The position numbers and the translations under genes are program-made. The notes below the pieces were generated by a model that did not search any database, was not told where the DNA came from, and saw only the letters and a program-made list of their open reading frames with translations. 64,000 bases of DNA from Octopus sinensis. Its lineage: Eukaryota. Location of the stretch: the NCBI RefSeq assembly GCF_006345805.1, contig NC_042997.1:18166001-18230000 (forward strand). Reading direction: 5' to 3'. Of the stretch, positions 26,018 through 39,966 are shown piece by piece (positions within the stretch are counted from its first letter, which is position 1; every line of letters starts with the position of its first letter).

Positions 26018-27752
26018 TAATAATAAAAATAATGATAATAATAATATTGATAACAATAATAATGATAATAATAAATTCGTTTATTGGCCACAAGGGCTCA
26101 CATAAAATTACATTAAAAGACATACAACATAAAAGACAAAAACAGGACGATACAATTGGTCTTACAACATGTAAACAATATAATAATTAAAATTAAACAA
26201 TTTAAAACTTCCAATAGGGGAGGCGCTTTAAGGACTTCGGGGAAAAACACAAAAGCCACGGGTGCCTGAACTACAGGGCAAGAGCCCTTCTTTTGTATAC
26301 AGGTGCAAGCTCAGAATTGGTCCTTTCACATGGCCATTCTTCCAACACTCACCAACCTTTCAACATACTTGCTACAAGGTAACACTTACCTCTCTCCACC
26401 CTCAACTTTCTTTTGAAGTGAAACTTCAAAAAGTTGATGAGGGTTTGGCTAAAGAGGAAAGTGTCTGTCTTTAGCCCTTTCAAACGGGTTCACCGTACTA
26501 CCGCTTTCGCTACAGCCACTAGGCAAATAAAAATTGCCTTCCACTCCCGGCCAAAAGAGGGTAGCAGGGCAGTCCTCACAATGAATTCAGCTGATAATCG
26601 ATCCGTCCAACACGCAATAGCAGGTGTTCGACATAAAGCCACAGGTAAGCAATACTCGGGCACTGGACTAGGGCGTGCAGAATAGTTTCATAGTTCTGAG
26701 CGCACCTCGGGAAGGCCCGGCTAACGGCACTTCCGTGCCTGTAAAGTTTATCCCGAACAGGCAGCGCCCCTCCGTTGCGCTGCCAGGCAAGGTATTTCTG
26801 GAAGTTATCCATAGGCCCAGGCCTGAAAGTTCTCCGAGACAGACCGGTTAGTTGACCTTCATCGACGCCCAGAGTTTCCCTGAGAACGTTGTCGCGCTTT
26901 CCCTCCACAAGCCCCTTACAGAACGCTAGTTTAGAACTACTACCGACCGCATTGCCCGCCTGGCGGAGGGCTGTGAGCGCTTGACGGTACTCGAGGTGCC
27001 AAGCGCCCCTCCTCGGTCTACGCCTAATCTAAGATTGCACCTCAGTCGAAGAGACGAACTGTGGAAAAGCGTGTCTTACAAACGGTGACCACACCTGCTC
27101 ACCGTCAAGGAAATGCTGGAGATGCCGCAACCTCAGCGCATGTCTGCGCATCGGTAACCACGGCATACCCAGCCCTCCATTCAGTGGCTGTTGACAGCAG
27201 ATTGAGCGCTTGACCAGTGGAAAGCGCCCCTTCCACAGAAAGCGGAAGAGTAAGTGCATCAGCTTGGTCAACCAGCAAACAGGCAAGGGACAACAGTCAA
27301 ACGGTAATAGATGACGGATGCGATGTGCGCATTCGCCACCTCCGCTCGACCTTTCAGGGACAGATTTCTCTCGGCCCATTTCTGGGTGAGATTGGCTACC
27401 CTGCCCGTTACCTCATCCCAGTTATTCTCCACCTGGGAGTCCGAACCAAACCAAACTCTGAGCAATTTAACGGGACCGTCTGTCAAGCGTCCAACCACGC
27501 TATTGGACGGCTTGGACTTACCTCTCCAGGTGCCGAGTTGCAATCCCACTGACTTTTTCGCGTTAATTTTAACTCCTGTCACCGCTTCATATTCCTGTAG
27601 TGTTTCGCCAATCAGGTCTATATGCCTGTGGTTCGACACTATGACGGTGACATCATCAGCGTAAGCAGACACACGTCTACCACATCCTAGATCACGCAGG
27701 ACACCCCTAAAAGCCTCCAACTTTCGCAGTAATGGCTCAAGAGTCAGTACAT
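26018..27752 (-). mobile_element. 5'-truncated Tx1/L1-group LINE (RT C-terminus, CCHC finger, AAT-repeat tail)
   Basis: SAYADDVTV (RT), WAERNLSLKGRAEVAN, PLNGGLGMP, CAQNYETILHALVQCP; GC-rich against background; AATAAA and (TAT)n at 3' end; frameshifts. Confidence 0.9.
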
Positions 27753-27764
27753 ATGTTTTTTACC

Positions 27765-28130
27765 TTTTGTCTTTTACTTGTTGGCACCACCTTGAAGAAT
27801 TTTTAGTCGAATGAATCGACCCCAAGATTTATTTAAAAAAAAATCCAGGTTCTACCGGTCTCTTTTACCGAACTGTAAATTACGGGGATGTAAACACACC
27901 AACACCGGTTTTCAGCATATTGTGACAAATACACACAGATAAATAGATACACACACACACACACATATATGTGACGAGCTTCTTTCAGTTTTGGTTTCCC
28001 AAATCCACTCACAAGGCTTTGGTCGGCCAGAGGTAATAATAAAAGACAATTGCCCAATGTACCACGCAGTGGGATTGAACTCAGAATCATGTGGTTGGGA
28101 AGCAAGCTTCTTACCATACAGTCACGCCTG
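27765..28130 (-). mobile_element. SINE family 1
   Basis: Reverse complement similar to 21321-21710. Confidence 0.8.
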
Positions 28131-29789
28131 GGCCTATTTGTACGGAAAAAAATTCTCTTTTCAAATTATTTAGCCGTTAACGATTCTTGGTTACGATTCT
28201 CGGTTACTTTTATATTTTAAATATTGTAAAGATTCCTTTGCTAGATATTCAGTATGCCTTCTCCTTTTGGGGTCACAGTGAGAAGTAGTAACCCAAAAAG
28301 AGATAGCAATGATCACATCCCAAGGCAAAAAAAAGAATGTAAAAAATATTGACTGAATTTAGAATAGATATGAAAAAAGAAACATTTACACAAATGGACA
28401 CAATTGAAGAAAATACTAGAGATCAGTACCTTGACAGACATAAGCCAACATTTTAACACTAACTTTACAAGTGTGGCCAGCCAAAAGGAATCGATGGACA
28501 TAGGGTCTTGGAAAAATTAACATGGGTGTGATTTGATACGAGGGACAGTGCTTCTTAGTTTGAGTAATACAATCAGGAACAATTGGTAAGGAAGGCAATA
28601 TACATCTGTGTAACCCAAATCATTAACACTATGTGAAAATTCGCTTACCTTTCTCCTTTTAAACGCCCAGTGTTTGCAGCCTTCAAGGCAACTTATTAAA
28701 ATGTAAGCAAATCTATGTCTAGACACAGACTCCTTTGCATAACAGTTGACGACCTGACATTAATTACTAAAAGCATGAAGCTAAATACCAATTTTTCGGT
28801 TGATATGGTATGCTTTGATGAATATTTATAATTTTGTATTCAAATTATGAAAGCTTTACACAAGCATATATAGTGTCAACGTGGAAACGATGAAATGCCA
28901 GAGGACTAAAATTAAATGAAAAGTATAATTAAAATAGCAGATGATGTATTTGTGTATAAAATTCATTCAAAGTTAGTTACCTACAGACATTATTTTAAGT
29001 TGCCTAATCAGTGAATATCATCCACTCAAAATCTTTATTTCCTCAGTTATCGTAGGTTTTTTCATTGAAGAGGTTTCTTAAAGCTAAAATATATCTGGAG
29101 TTTCCCCAGTTCTTTCTAAAGACAAGACTCACTAACCATACTATGCCACCATTCAATATTATTTTACAACTTTAGGTTCAACACATTAGAAACATGTTCA
29201 CCTACGTAACTGTTTATTTTTTTCTTACTTTGGAAGAATTAAGCGAATCTATCTTTTTTGGAATATTAAGAGACGATATAGTTAGTATTGAAATAACACA
29301 TCGTGTTTGTATTCTGCAATGTTTTTCGTCCAAACAGAGAAATATTTATGTAAAAATGTTTCTAGATGCAAGTAACTGTCGTAATCTGTTTTGACAAAAG
29401 ATATATCAAATACAAGTGACAGAGCTTGAACTAGTGACCTTTAGGTCGGTGGATGAATACATTGTCCATTCAAATACCCTGTCGCCATTGACCGCTGTGC
29501 TTATACGATATCATACAACTTTAAAAGAGCAAAGGTGCCATTTACAACATGAACTCATCTGAATTTCTCAATAATTCTGTATTCAATGAATTTGTAATGT
29601 ATGTCGTTAGTATGAGGCGTTAAACCGGAGGAATTTGCAGAAGCGGGTTGTAATTTACAGAGGTCATTGAACGTTAGTCATATCAATCGACATAAAGAAT
29701 CATTTGAATATAAAGAAGCGCCTTTGCAACAATCATTTTCCATCTATTAATATTAATACTGACGTAAATGATAAGAACAAAATATGAAA

Positions 29790-29925
29790 ATAGTGACGAA
29801 GATAATGACGGCGACGACAATGACAACAACAATAACAACTACTACTACTATTACAAAAACAACATCAACAACAACTATAATAAAAATAATGCTAATAGCA
29901 AGAACAACAACAACAATAGCTATAA
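29790..29925. repeat. Degenerate (AAC/AAT)n trinucleotide repeat
   Basis: Gives poly-N/T/V pseudo-ORFs. Confidence 0.85.
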
Positions 29926-30792
29926 TCCTGATAAAATCCTCAAACCTTTTCACGGATGCAACTGTGACATTTTGTCCAATTAAATCTCTCACAATTCTGT
30001 ATAAAATATGCAGGTCATATATTGCTTCATATTCATACACCGATTGTTGTAACCTTGGAAAAAGACCAACTTATATGTTGATTCTGTTTAAGAGCTGGAA
30101 ATGAGTGTAACGTATTCATTTCACACTTTGTCTATCATTACACATTTTCTAACATCGAATAATCAGACAATAATTGACTATTGGCTCTGTTTACTGTTTA
30201 ATTTCCATATTCATTCCACTATTATTTGAATAAAGGGGTTACATTCCCAATAAGAAGCCTTGGAAATGTCATAAAAAACGGCATGAAAACAACTTAGATA
30301 AAACAGAAAAACTATGTGTATGTATGTATGTATGTATGTATGTATGTATGTATGTATGTATGTATGTGTATGTATGTATGTATGTATGTATGTATGGATA
30401 CTCAAAAACGTATAAACAAACAAAAAACAGATATGTAAATGGTTCTTGAAAAGGAGGGAATGAAACAAAAACTTTGGTGAATTTGGTTCTTTACCAATTT
30501 GTATTTTTTCGGATATATTGATCATTTACTCACGTATCTTCAATATATGTGTATACAGGTGCATTTTGGTATATACACGATAACCTATAGCAAAATGCAG
30601 AAATTTGTCTATGAGTATGTGTGTTTGTACTCGCATTCACACTTTATAAATGCCTGCATGAATATGTATCATAAATAGACATTCATTTGTATGTATCCAT
30701 ATATATGTGTGCATGTTTATGCTTACATACATGTACACCTATATATATATGCGAATATATTTATACAAGTATATGTATATTTATCTGCATAC

Positions 30793-30875
<83 letters not shown>

Positions 30876-30876
<1 letters not shown>

Positions 30877-31052
30877 TTTATTTAAAGCAGCAGAAAATTC
30901 AACAAAATCTGTTACTCTGAGTTTCTCGTTGCCAAACTCAGAGTAACAGGTTTTGTTGAATTTTCTGCTGCTTTAAATAAAGCATATTACTCTACCACTG
31001 GTATTTGAGTACTCTTTTTTTCCACCTTGTTTCACATTTATGTGTTTACTCC

Positions 31053-31054
<2 letters not shown>
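30876..31054 (+). mobile_element. (TA)n-embedded fold-back element, copy 2
   Basis: Near-identical to the reverse complement of 1345-1538; 49-bp arms 30876-30924/30934-30982, 9-nt loop, same tail; (TA)n both sides. Confidence 0.8.
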
Positions 31055-31110
<56 letters not shown>

Positions 31111-31121
31111 CATACATATAA

Positions 31122-31329
31122 GTTTCAAATTTTGGTACAAGGCCAGCAAGTTCAAGAGAGGGTAAGTCAATTACATCTATCACCATGCTCAACCGGTATT
31201 TGCTTTATCGAGCCCAAAAGGATGAAGGCCAAAATCGACCATGGCGGGATTTGAGCTCAGAACGGAAAGACGGACAAAATGCCGCTAATCATTTTGTCCA
31301 GCGTGTTAAAGATTCTGCTAGCTCACCGC
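31122..31329 (-). mobile_element. SINE family 3
   Basis: Reverse complement starts gcggtgagctagcagaatc. Confidence 0.75.
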
Positions 31330-31337
31330 ATTTATAC

Positions 31338-31412
<75 letters not shown>

Positions 31413-31621
31413 CCCATGGAGGGTTGAATTTGCAACCCCTATCTCAATTTGTATATATATATATAATATATATATATACATCAAATAGTTCGGTTTAAAT
31501 TCCTTTAGTACTTCAAGTTTCAAGCGTGATGCTAGACTTCAGCCATTGGAATTAGAATTCTAATTCCAAAAACTGCATTAAGTAATTCTCATAGACTTTC
31601 AAATATGTAATTACATACATA

Positions 31622-31676
<55 letters not shown>

Positions 31677-31855
31677 TATATATATATATATATATATGAA
31701 TATATATATATATACATAAAACAGAAGTACAATTAAAGGTTACAAACCTCATTCAGGGATAGCAAAATCCTATGAAAGTACTGGTTAATTACCTATACAA
31801 AGAGCATTGGACATTATATTCAATACTCCTCTGCAAGGTAACTATATAAACCGTT

Positions 31856-31923
<68 letters not shown>

Positions 31924-31937
31924 TATTTATTATAATG

Positions 31938-32223
31938 ATAAGATGAGAGAATAGAAAGGTAATTAATAAATTATGATTTATTAATTAAAACATTGACAAA
32001 CATTCCTTACAGCTGTTTCAATTCAGGCTCTCAGAAAATTAATTAATCAAATTAAAAATGATTCTCTTCATAGATAGATACAGGTATACAAAGTAAGTAT
32101 TTAATTTCCTTATGTTGATTAAAATTCTGAGAGCCAGAATTGAAACAGCTGTAAGAGATGTTTGTCAATCTTTTAATTAATAAATAATAAGTTATTAATC
32201 ACCTTTCCATTCTCTCATCTTAT
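31938..32223. mobile_element. (TA)n-flanked inverted-repeat element with hammerhead 3' halves on both strands
   Basis: About 105-bp imperfect inverted arms; cttacagctgtttc (32006-32019) and gaaacagctgtaag (32142-32155). Confidence 0.65.
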
Positions 32224-32269
32224 ATATATACATACATATGAGAATTGAACTTGTTTGGCATGTAACATG

Positions 32270-34210
32270 ATCTGAGAATGCGTTGAAATTGAAACAATTA
32301 CTTCGTAGGAAAGTAGTTTTAGCCATTTAAGAACACACTTAAGCTCCATTGTGCTTATGAGAAACTAATATGGCTATTGATTTTGTAGCGATTATAATGC
32401 TTATCTTAGTCCACCAGGAATGATAATGTGTTTAGTCTGGTATTATAATTATGTTCTAGGAGGATACAAATGTGATTGGGTTCTTAGAAGTAATTGGGTA
32501 TATTGTGGAAAGGTTTATAGGAAATGGAAATTGCTGCCAAGAAAACTGTGGCTTTCACATATTCAGGTAGATTTTTACATATATTTCTTTGTTGTTAAGT
32601 ATTTTGCAATAATTCTTGACTGCACTCCTGGCATCGGTTATCAAGAGCAAACTCTGTTAGTAATTAGATATATAGCTAATGTTGTACAGTTAAATATTCC
32701 AGTAGGAGCATATGAACATTTCACTAAATGTTTATAATGGTGGCAGGTTGCACAGATGGAGTTTAGCACAACACCCCTCTGCACTAAGTTCAAACTTTAG
32801 AGTTGGATGTTGAATATTTCCGTCGACAGGAATATGAGAATAGTTCTAATACGAATTGATATTCCTCATGTGCGCAGGTACTGCTCCTAGAGAAAAATAC
32901 AAGGGTTTTCTTTACACAATGTTCATGTCACAACTATAACTTTGGAGAGATAATAAAAAAATAATATGGAGGTGCAATAAATTTCCCTAGAATTCCGCTT
33001 TGTATAATCTACTAAATGTTGGACTCGTTTTAGAAAACATGCAACGGCCCCAACTGTAAAATCTCTCACTGAAACACTGAAGTCTATGGTGCATTAGAAA
33101 ATTTAGTTGCAATCACTGATTGATTCTGAATTGTGTATCACTCAAATGAAGGGTAATTATTTTGGTTGCACTAGTTTTCCAGCGCTCCTCTTTCTTCCAA
33201 AGGAATTTGTGTGAAGAACTTCAGTGTGATGCCATAGATTTAGCAGGGATTTCTTCATTCCAAACATTTCGTAATTATTTAAAGACATACTGGGTGAGGC
33301 AGAAATTTTGATAAGATATTAGGGAGTTTTCTAAAGGTCTAGATGTTGGGCCTGTATTCATGACTCAGAGCAAGTGCTTATGTAACAAGCAAAGCAAAGA
33401 ACAATTATATGATTATGAATAAGCAAATGAGCCTTTGACAGATGCAAAATGGTAATTAAAGCACTGAGAGCACATGGTTTGAATAACTGAAAAATAAAAC
33501 CATTAAATGTATTTGATTTCTTGTGCAATTTTCAGGTTTTGTCTAAAGGTACTTTAAGAAAATGTGAAGCAAACCTGGAGGTGACATGGATTAGAATTAA
33601 GCTAGCACAGGTAAGAAATAAGGCCCTAAAACTGGGCGATATAGGTGGTTACATGCTTTGTAAAAATGGACTCACTAAATCTAATTCTGCCATATGAGTT
33701 TCGAAATTCAATGAGAATGCATGAATTCATTGCCTGAAAAACACAGGTCTGCTACATTTCCAAAATTATTTCTTTCTCTCAGGTTTTTCCTTGTCACTCA
33801 CAGTAATTGTAACATCAAGCGAATCATATATTTCAAAGCTGAAACTGATTAGAAATGTTTCCTTCTCAAGCCATGCCAGTCTCATAAGTGCCGGTTTCTC
33901 GGGTTCAGTGGCGTATAAATTCCCCACCTGAACGGGACACCGATCCGTCGCAGGATTACTCATTTTTGTCAGCTGAGTGGACTGGAGCAACATGATATGA
34001 AGTGTTTTGCTCAGAAACACAACACATTTTCCGTTCCAGGAATCGAAACCACAATCTTACGATTATGAATCCAGCACCCTAACCACCAAGCCTCCACGAA
34101 ACTGATTAGAACTTGCTTTAAATTATCAATGCATCAAAAATATTTGGGCTGTTTAAACTTAGATAAAATCCGAAATGATTTTTGAGGAGATAAAAGCAAG
34201 AAAGATAACT
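32270..34210 (+). pseudogene. Degraded hAT transposase (ZMYM1-like)
   Basis: KYFAIILDCTPGIGYQEQTLLVIRY, FRRQEYENSSN (CRGQxYDN-like), FFTQCSCHNYN, and C-terminal SKLKLI dimerisation-like motif. Confidence 0.75.
33855..34097 (-). mobile_element. tRNA-derived SINE family 4 inserted in the hAT remnant
   Basis: Head gtggaggcttggtggttagg...gtttcgattcc; perfect 14-bp TSD gaaactgattagaa at 33841-33854 and 34098-34111. Confidence 0.85.
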
Positions 34211-35171
34211 TTAATAAATAAAAGAAGATTGTAGAAATCTGCAAACGAAAGTTTGTTTCCACATTACGGTTTATTTACATTTTGAATGGGTCTTCTTGCA
34301 AAAGTTTAGTCATTTCTTTGGTTTTGTAAAAAATATACTCTTTAAAAAGACATTTTGTTTATTTAGGATTCTGTATTTTTGCGGTTATGTTGTTTAAATA
34401 ACTGTTTTCGAAGGTTGATATATAATGATGTGACTTTTACCCTAAAGCTGTGAACTGAACTGAAAGTAATTTGTTGGCTTTACGTGCGAATATGTTTTAG
34501 AAAACCCCAAAAGATTTGTTTCCAAAATGCTGTTCACTTGCAAATTGGAAAATTCTCCGTAACAAAAATAAATTAAAATTTTTAAGAGGCTATTTCGCTA
34601 AAACATACTTAGGCTCAATGTCTGAGGCCCGCCAAAAAGATCCCAAAGTAACTTCTAAGGCCATCTCTGATTGCAGAAATTCTTTAATTTGTTAGGTCCT
34701 GATGCATTTGAGTTTTCTGATTTCCCAGTTACTTTACTAGTGAGTGTTAAGCGAGAGAGAGAGAGAGAGAGAGAGAGAGGTTAAGCTCCAAGATAGAAAG
34801 TTTCTGCTTGCATTTGGTGTCTCCGTCTTCCTAATGAGATTTATGGTGTCTGATTTTCAATGAATATCTGATAGATAAAGTGAAAATGTTGTGTACCAAA
34901 TAAGATTGTATGTATTAATGTGTTTCCCAGTGATAACGCGCCATAATTCGAGATTAGTAACCTGATGGTGCGGTTGGTGAAGTTGGTGATAAGCATATGA
35001 TTATCATGTTTAAGCATTTTGAACTGTTGGTTTTTCTTTTTGTTGTTACTTTGAATTATTGAATTTCTATTGTCTTTCTATCATAAAATTCATGTACAGG
35101 GAATATGATTTTACGTTTCATGAAGTGCACAATATAGCTTAGCTTGTCCCACTCAACAGATTGTGCTCTCG

Positions 35172-35583
35172 CTTTATTCTTTTACTTGTTTCAGTCATTT
35201 GACTATGGCTATGCTGGAGCATTGACTTTAGTCGAGCATATCGAGCCCAGGACTTATTCTTTGTAAGCTTAGTACTTATTCTATCAGTCTCTTTTGTTAA
35301 ACCGCTAGGTTACGGGGATGTAAACACACCAGCATCGGTTGTCAAGCGATGTTGGAAGGGGGGACAAACACAGACATACAAACATATGCACACACATACA
35401 TATACATACATACATATATACTACTGGCTTCTTTCAGTTTCCGTCTACAAATCCACTCACAATGCTTTGGTCAGCCCGAGGCTATAGTAGAAGACACTTA
35501 CCCAAGGTGCCACGCAGTGGGACTGAACCCGGAACTATGTGGTTGGTAAGCAAGCTACTTACCACACAGCCACTCCTACGCCT
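35172..35583 (-). mobile_element. Full-length SINE family 1
   Basis: Reverse complement closely matches 21321-21710. Confidence 0.9.
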
Positions 35584-36549
35584 ATGCATTGTGGAAGAGT
35601 TGTACTTGGAATCGTTTCTTTTTATAAGTTGGATAAGAATGGAGCGAAAAGGCTGATGATATTTTCAAATCTTTTCAAACTTATGAGATTCTTGCGGCTG
35701 ATGACCAGCATGAAGATCTCACGAGCAATACCTGAAGGAAAAAGATGGGGCGGAGAGGTAATCGTGAAACTGAAGTGAAAGCTTACAATACGGTATATTC
35801 CATTAAAGACAACTGCAAAAGATGCTGAATCAGTTGACGATTTTGTTGTACGGTTTCGAATATGAAAAGTGCTAATGTTATGTTTGATGGATATTTTAGC
35901 ACTGTCAATGTCTTCTTTTGTGCCGTATTACAGAATACTTGAAAATTTGTTGGGTATTTATGTAGTGTATATTTGCTACTTTGTTTTGGTGTACTTTGTG
36001 TGTGAAATGTTAGTTGCTACTTATGTTGACTGTATTCTATAGAGAGATGGACCTGAATAAATGATAATAGGGGTTTCTCAGCGTTTACATGTTTCATCGT
36101 GTGATTTTCGATTTGTGAGATTTTGTGTTTTGTATGTGAGTATATTACCCTTCAAATGTTCTCTCTGTCGTCGTTGTTGTCCTCTAGTCTCAGTTCAACA
36201 GTGATTCTACAAAACTATGATCAAAAGTATTCCAACTAATACAATCCTATCTTTTAAATAGTACCTAGGACTATATAAACTAATCTGTACTTGTTTAAGA
36301 CAGTACGATTTTATTTGAGGGAGATTCGGTTGCTGTCTTTAATAAGCCGAGCGCTCACAAAGAGGATTTTTCGCTGTTTCCGAATTTTTCTGACTCACAA
36401 TGTTTATCCGTGTGTGTGTGTGTGTGTGTGTGTGTGAGCATGTTCAGCATGCTCATCATGCATCCACAGTATCATCGATTTTAAGGTGTATTTTGAAAGA
36501 TACTTAGCTGCTGTTTCTCGGATGACGAGCGGCAGCTTTTGTTCACATA

Positions 36550-37480
36550 ATCCAGGTATTCGCTTCAGATATCAATCTACAAATATCTAAGACAAACTTA
36601 AAATCCATTAACATTATCGATCTGCAAAGAACATGATATTCGCTTTTACTTGCACAAGGATTACTGCTAAATCAAGATGTCTTAACCGTTGGGTAACCAT
36701 TACACATCAAAATCTGCTTCTATCCCACTTGTCTCCAAACTGGATGCTACCTTTGCTCAACGAATGTCATTGGAAATGGTTAGAGTTGGAAAACCTGATT
36801 TAATTCCTAAAGAAACATCGAACTTATTGTTTTCTCTCAGAAATTTAATAATCATTATCTTATATTTTCAACACTCCCATCTGTATTGACAAAGAGTAAT
36901 CCACAACTGGAGAGATATTGTGTGCCAATCCGCTTTCGTCATTGGTCTCTAACAGCTGAAAGACCATCATCATCATTAAATCAAACACTGTATCCAGCTT
37001 GATTCTCATTAACTTGTGAAACAAACGTGTGTCTTTTACAAAGCTACTTCAACGTGGTAAGATGTTACAGCTTGATTTGTATGATTCAAAAGACTCGCTA
37101 GTTTAATAGTTAAGTTTCTTAAAGAATGTCCTTTCAAACAAAATACTACATTGATAAAATGATATCAGCTGAGAAGTTCTGTACTCTTGCGATTAGCTGT
37201 TCATTCGTGGAAAATTAATTTTCCAAGTGCAAATCACGAAACACCAATATGCAGAGTTAATCTCTCCTGTTAATGTTTCTTCTATTGACCAGGTCTCACT
37301 TCTATAGGCCAGAACTGCTTGAATGCATACTTTGAAAAGTACATTTTAATTCTCTAACTGATTGAACAATTCCAAATAAACTAAACTTTGCATGAGGCAA
37401 ACCGTAATGATTGGTGTCTTTGTCTAAAGCTATTTCTATTCCACAGTCTGCCATGCAACATGCAAAATAGCAATAATAAT
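36550..37480 (-). pseudogene. Possible degraded hAT (GTF2IRD2/SPIN-like) transposase
   Basis: Weak minus-strand fragments resembling the N-terminal CLIC...RHF...H zinc finger and the TDGAPAM region; heavily decayed. Confidence 0.25.
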
Positions 37481-37687
37481 ATATGACAAAAGGAAGTTGA
37501 GGATCTAAGGTGGTACATGCGTGTACATAAAATTTAGTTCATCAACAGACATTACTTCGGTTTTTAATTCAGGGATTTTTGATCCATATTTGCAGATATA
37601 ATTTCAAAACATGCCAGCTGTGTTTGAAATGTAATGTTTATCCGTTAAAATCGCATCATCATCATGAAGCTTTTTACTGTTTCTCCT

Positions 37688-38020
37688 TGCGGTCATAGGA
37701 TCGCGGTTTCGATTCTCAGACCGGGCGTTGTGAGTTTTTATTGAGCGAAAATACCTAAAGCTCTACGTGGCTCCAGCAGGGGGTGGGGGGTGGCGAAGCC
37801 TGCTGTACTCTTTCACCACAACTTTCTCTCGCTCTTTCTTCCTGTTTCTGTTGTACCTGTTCTTCAAAGGGCCTGCCTTGTCACACTCTGTGTCACGCTC
37901 AATCTCCCTGAGATTCACGTGTCTGTGGAGTGCTCAGCCACTTGCACGTTAATTTCACGAGGAGGCTGTTCCGTTGATTGGATCAACTGAAACCCTCGTC
38001 GTCGTAACCGACGGAACGCC
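37688..38020 (+). mobile_element. 5'-truncated SINE family 2
   Basis: Similar to 47915-48260 with an internal deletion. Confidence 0.85.
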
Positions 38021-38518
38021 ACGATAGAGTAGCCTATCAGATTAACATAAAATTTCTTTCATTATAATTGAACATAAGACAAACATTACTATATACATTA
38101 TATCACATCTTTATTTATTTACCATTTTAAAGAGATGGAACTTCCTCTGCTGTCTAACATTTCTGCCTTCAAGAAGTTAGCGCTATGTAATACTTTGGCT
38201 TCGTCTTTCACTGAAGATGATGCAAGATAACGCATACACACATACAAGTATATAGCCTCACCTCCTTACATTCAAATTGTTTATTTAACATTTCATTATT
38301 TACCTTTTCAGATCTTATTTTATATTTCGTTCAGAATAAACATGCCTTTATAAAACGTTTTATTATAAGAAAATAAAACGACACTTCGAAAATGGGTGAA
38401 TGTTGTGCATGTGCGTGTGTGTCCCTATTTTGACTATTAAATTCATAGTATAGATTTTTATATCAGATATTCTAATGAACACGAAAAAGAGATAACTATA
38501 AGCATGGCTTCACAATCT

Positions 38519-38559
<41 letters not shown>

Positions 38560-38767
38560 GATATACTTACACACGCATACGCAAACACACGCACACGTTT
38601 ATTTATATATATACATATATCTATATGTGTGTGCGTGTGTGCACAAATACATATTTATTTTTTTAAGTTTATTTAATACCCACACTTAATTTATATAGAA
38701 AGTAAGCCGTGTCGTGATGTAGAGGGTGGTAAAATTGTGTATTTTGTGAGTGATGTCCATATTTACT

Positions 38768-39000
<233 letters not shown>

Positions 39001-39551
39001 GTATATTTCCGTTCTTATCCTGAATCATCTGAACGCGAGGACAATGTGCCGTTTCCTTCGATATAATCTAGTAATTTGATGCTAAATATTTCTTGGAAAA
39101 ATTTCTGGCGTAGCTCCTCTTCACTACTTGGTAATGTTCCTATTTACATTACGCAATTTTTATTATATTATACATTTTGACAGCAGTTTGGAGTATTTGC
39201 TATTAAATGCTACTTTTAATGTACAGTCTATTGCAATTTAACCTTAATTTCTTCTGAAAAATCATTCAATATATTCAACAATCGATACACAAATTTCGTT
39301 TCTCAAAACGATAATTGTTCACATTAAAAATATATTGCGTCTTTATAAAATTCCTTACTCCATACAGTTGTGAGCAGCCTTGATGAAAACAAGCGGTAAC
39401 TCCCTATATCATTGAGATTATTGATTATTAATACATTTAATTTATATAGTATCTATTGTACATACACCTCATGCTGCATCGCAGACGTCTCAGACATTAA
39501 TCTCACCTTTAATATCTCTGAAGTGAAGGGGTCGTTAGTTGTGTAGGCTTG

Positions 39552-39966
39552 ACATACGTGTCGGGGCTTTTGTGGGGATTGAAGTGTTGGACTGATACGC
39601 GAGCCTCTATGCCCATGTTTGGGCACCTATGTGTGTTCATTTCAGTATGTTTTGCTTTTTAGGATGTGAAGGTGGGAGGGCCAAAAGCAGAGAACCTGTG
39701 CACACATAGGTTGAATACATATACACATGCTTGTAGGTATGTATAGAATTAGTTGTGTAAGGATATGTTTACATGTGCCTAGCTGGATACAGGCATGAGC
39801 ATTTATATATATATATACTTATGTCTATTCCTATATGTGTTTGTTTATATTTGATTATATATACGAATACACATAGAGGTGTGTGTGTCTGTCTGTATGT
39901 TTGTATGTATATATGTATGTATGTGGATGTCTTTATATACATACATACATATATATATATATATAC
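39552..39966 (+). repeat. ~420-bp direct duplication, copy 1
   Basis: acatacgtgtcggggctttt...gatgtctttatatacata recurs at 41182-41590. Confidence 0.9.

Noticed and set aside
28250-28740. Possible hAT C-terminal remnant
   Set aside because: Similarity too weak to support by eye.
29415-29490. Minus-strand tRNA-like sequence with acceptor-like pairing
   Set aside because: D and anticodon arms do not form; probably a decayed SINE or pseudo-tRNA.
29753-30104. Hydrophobic or Asn-rich ORFs
   Set aside because: Artefacts of an AAC/AAT trinucleotide repeat.
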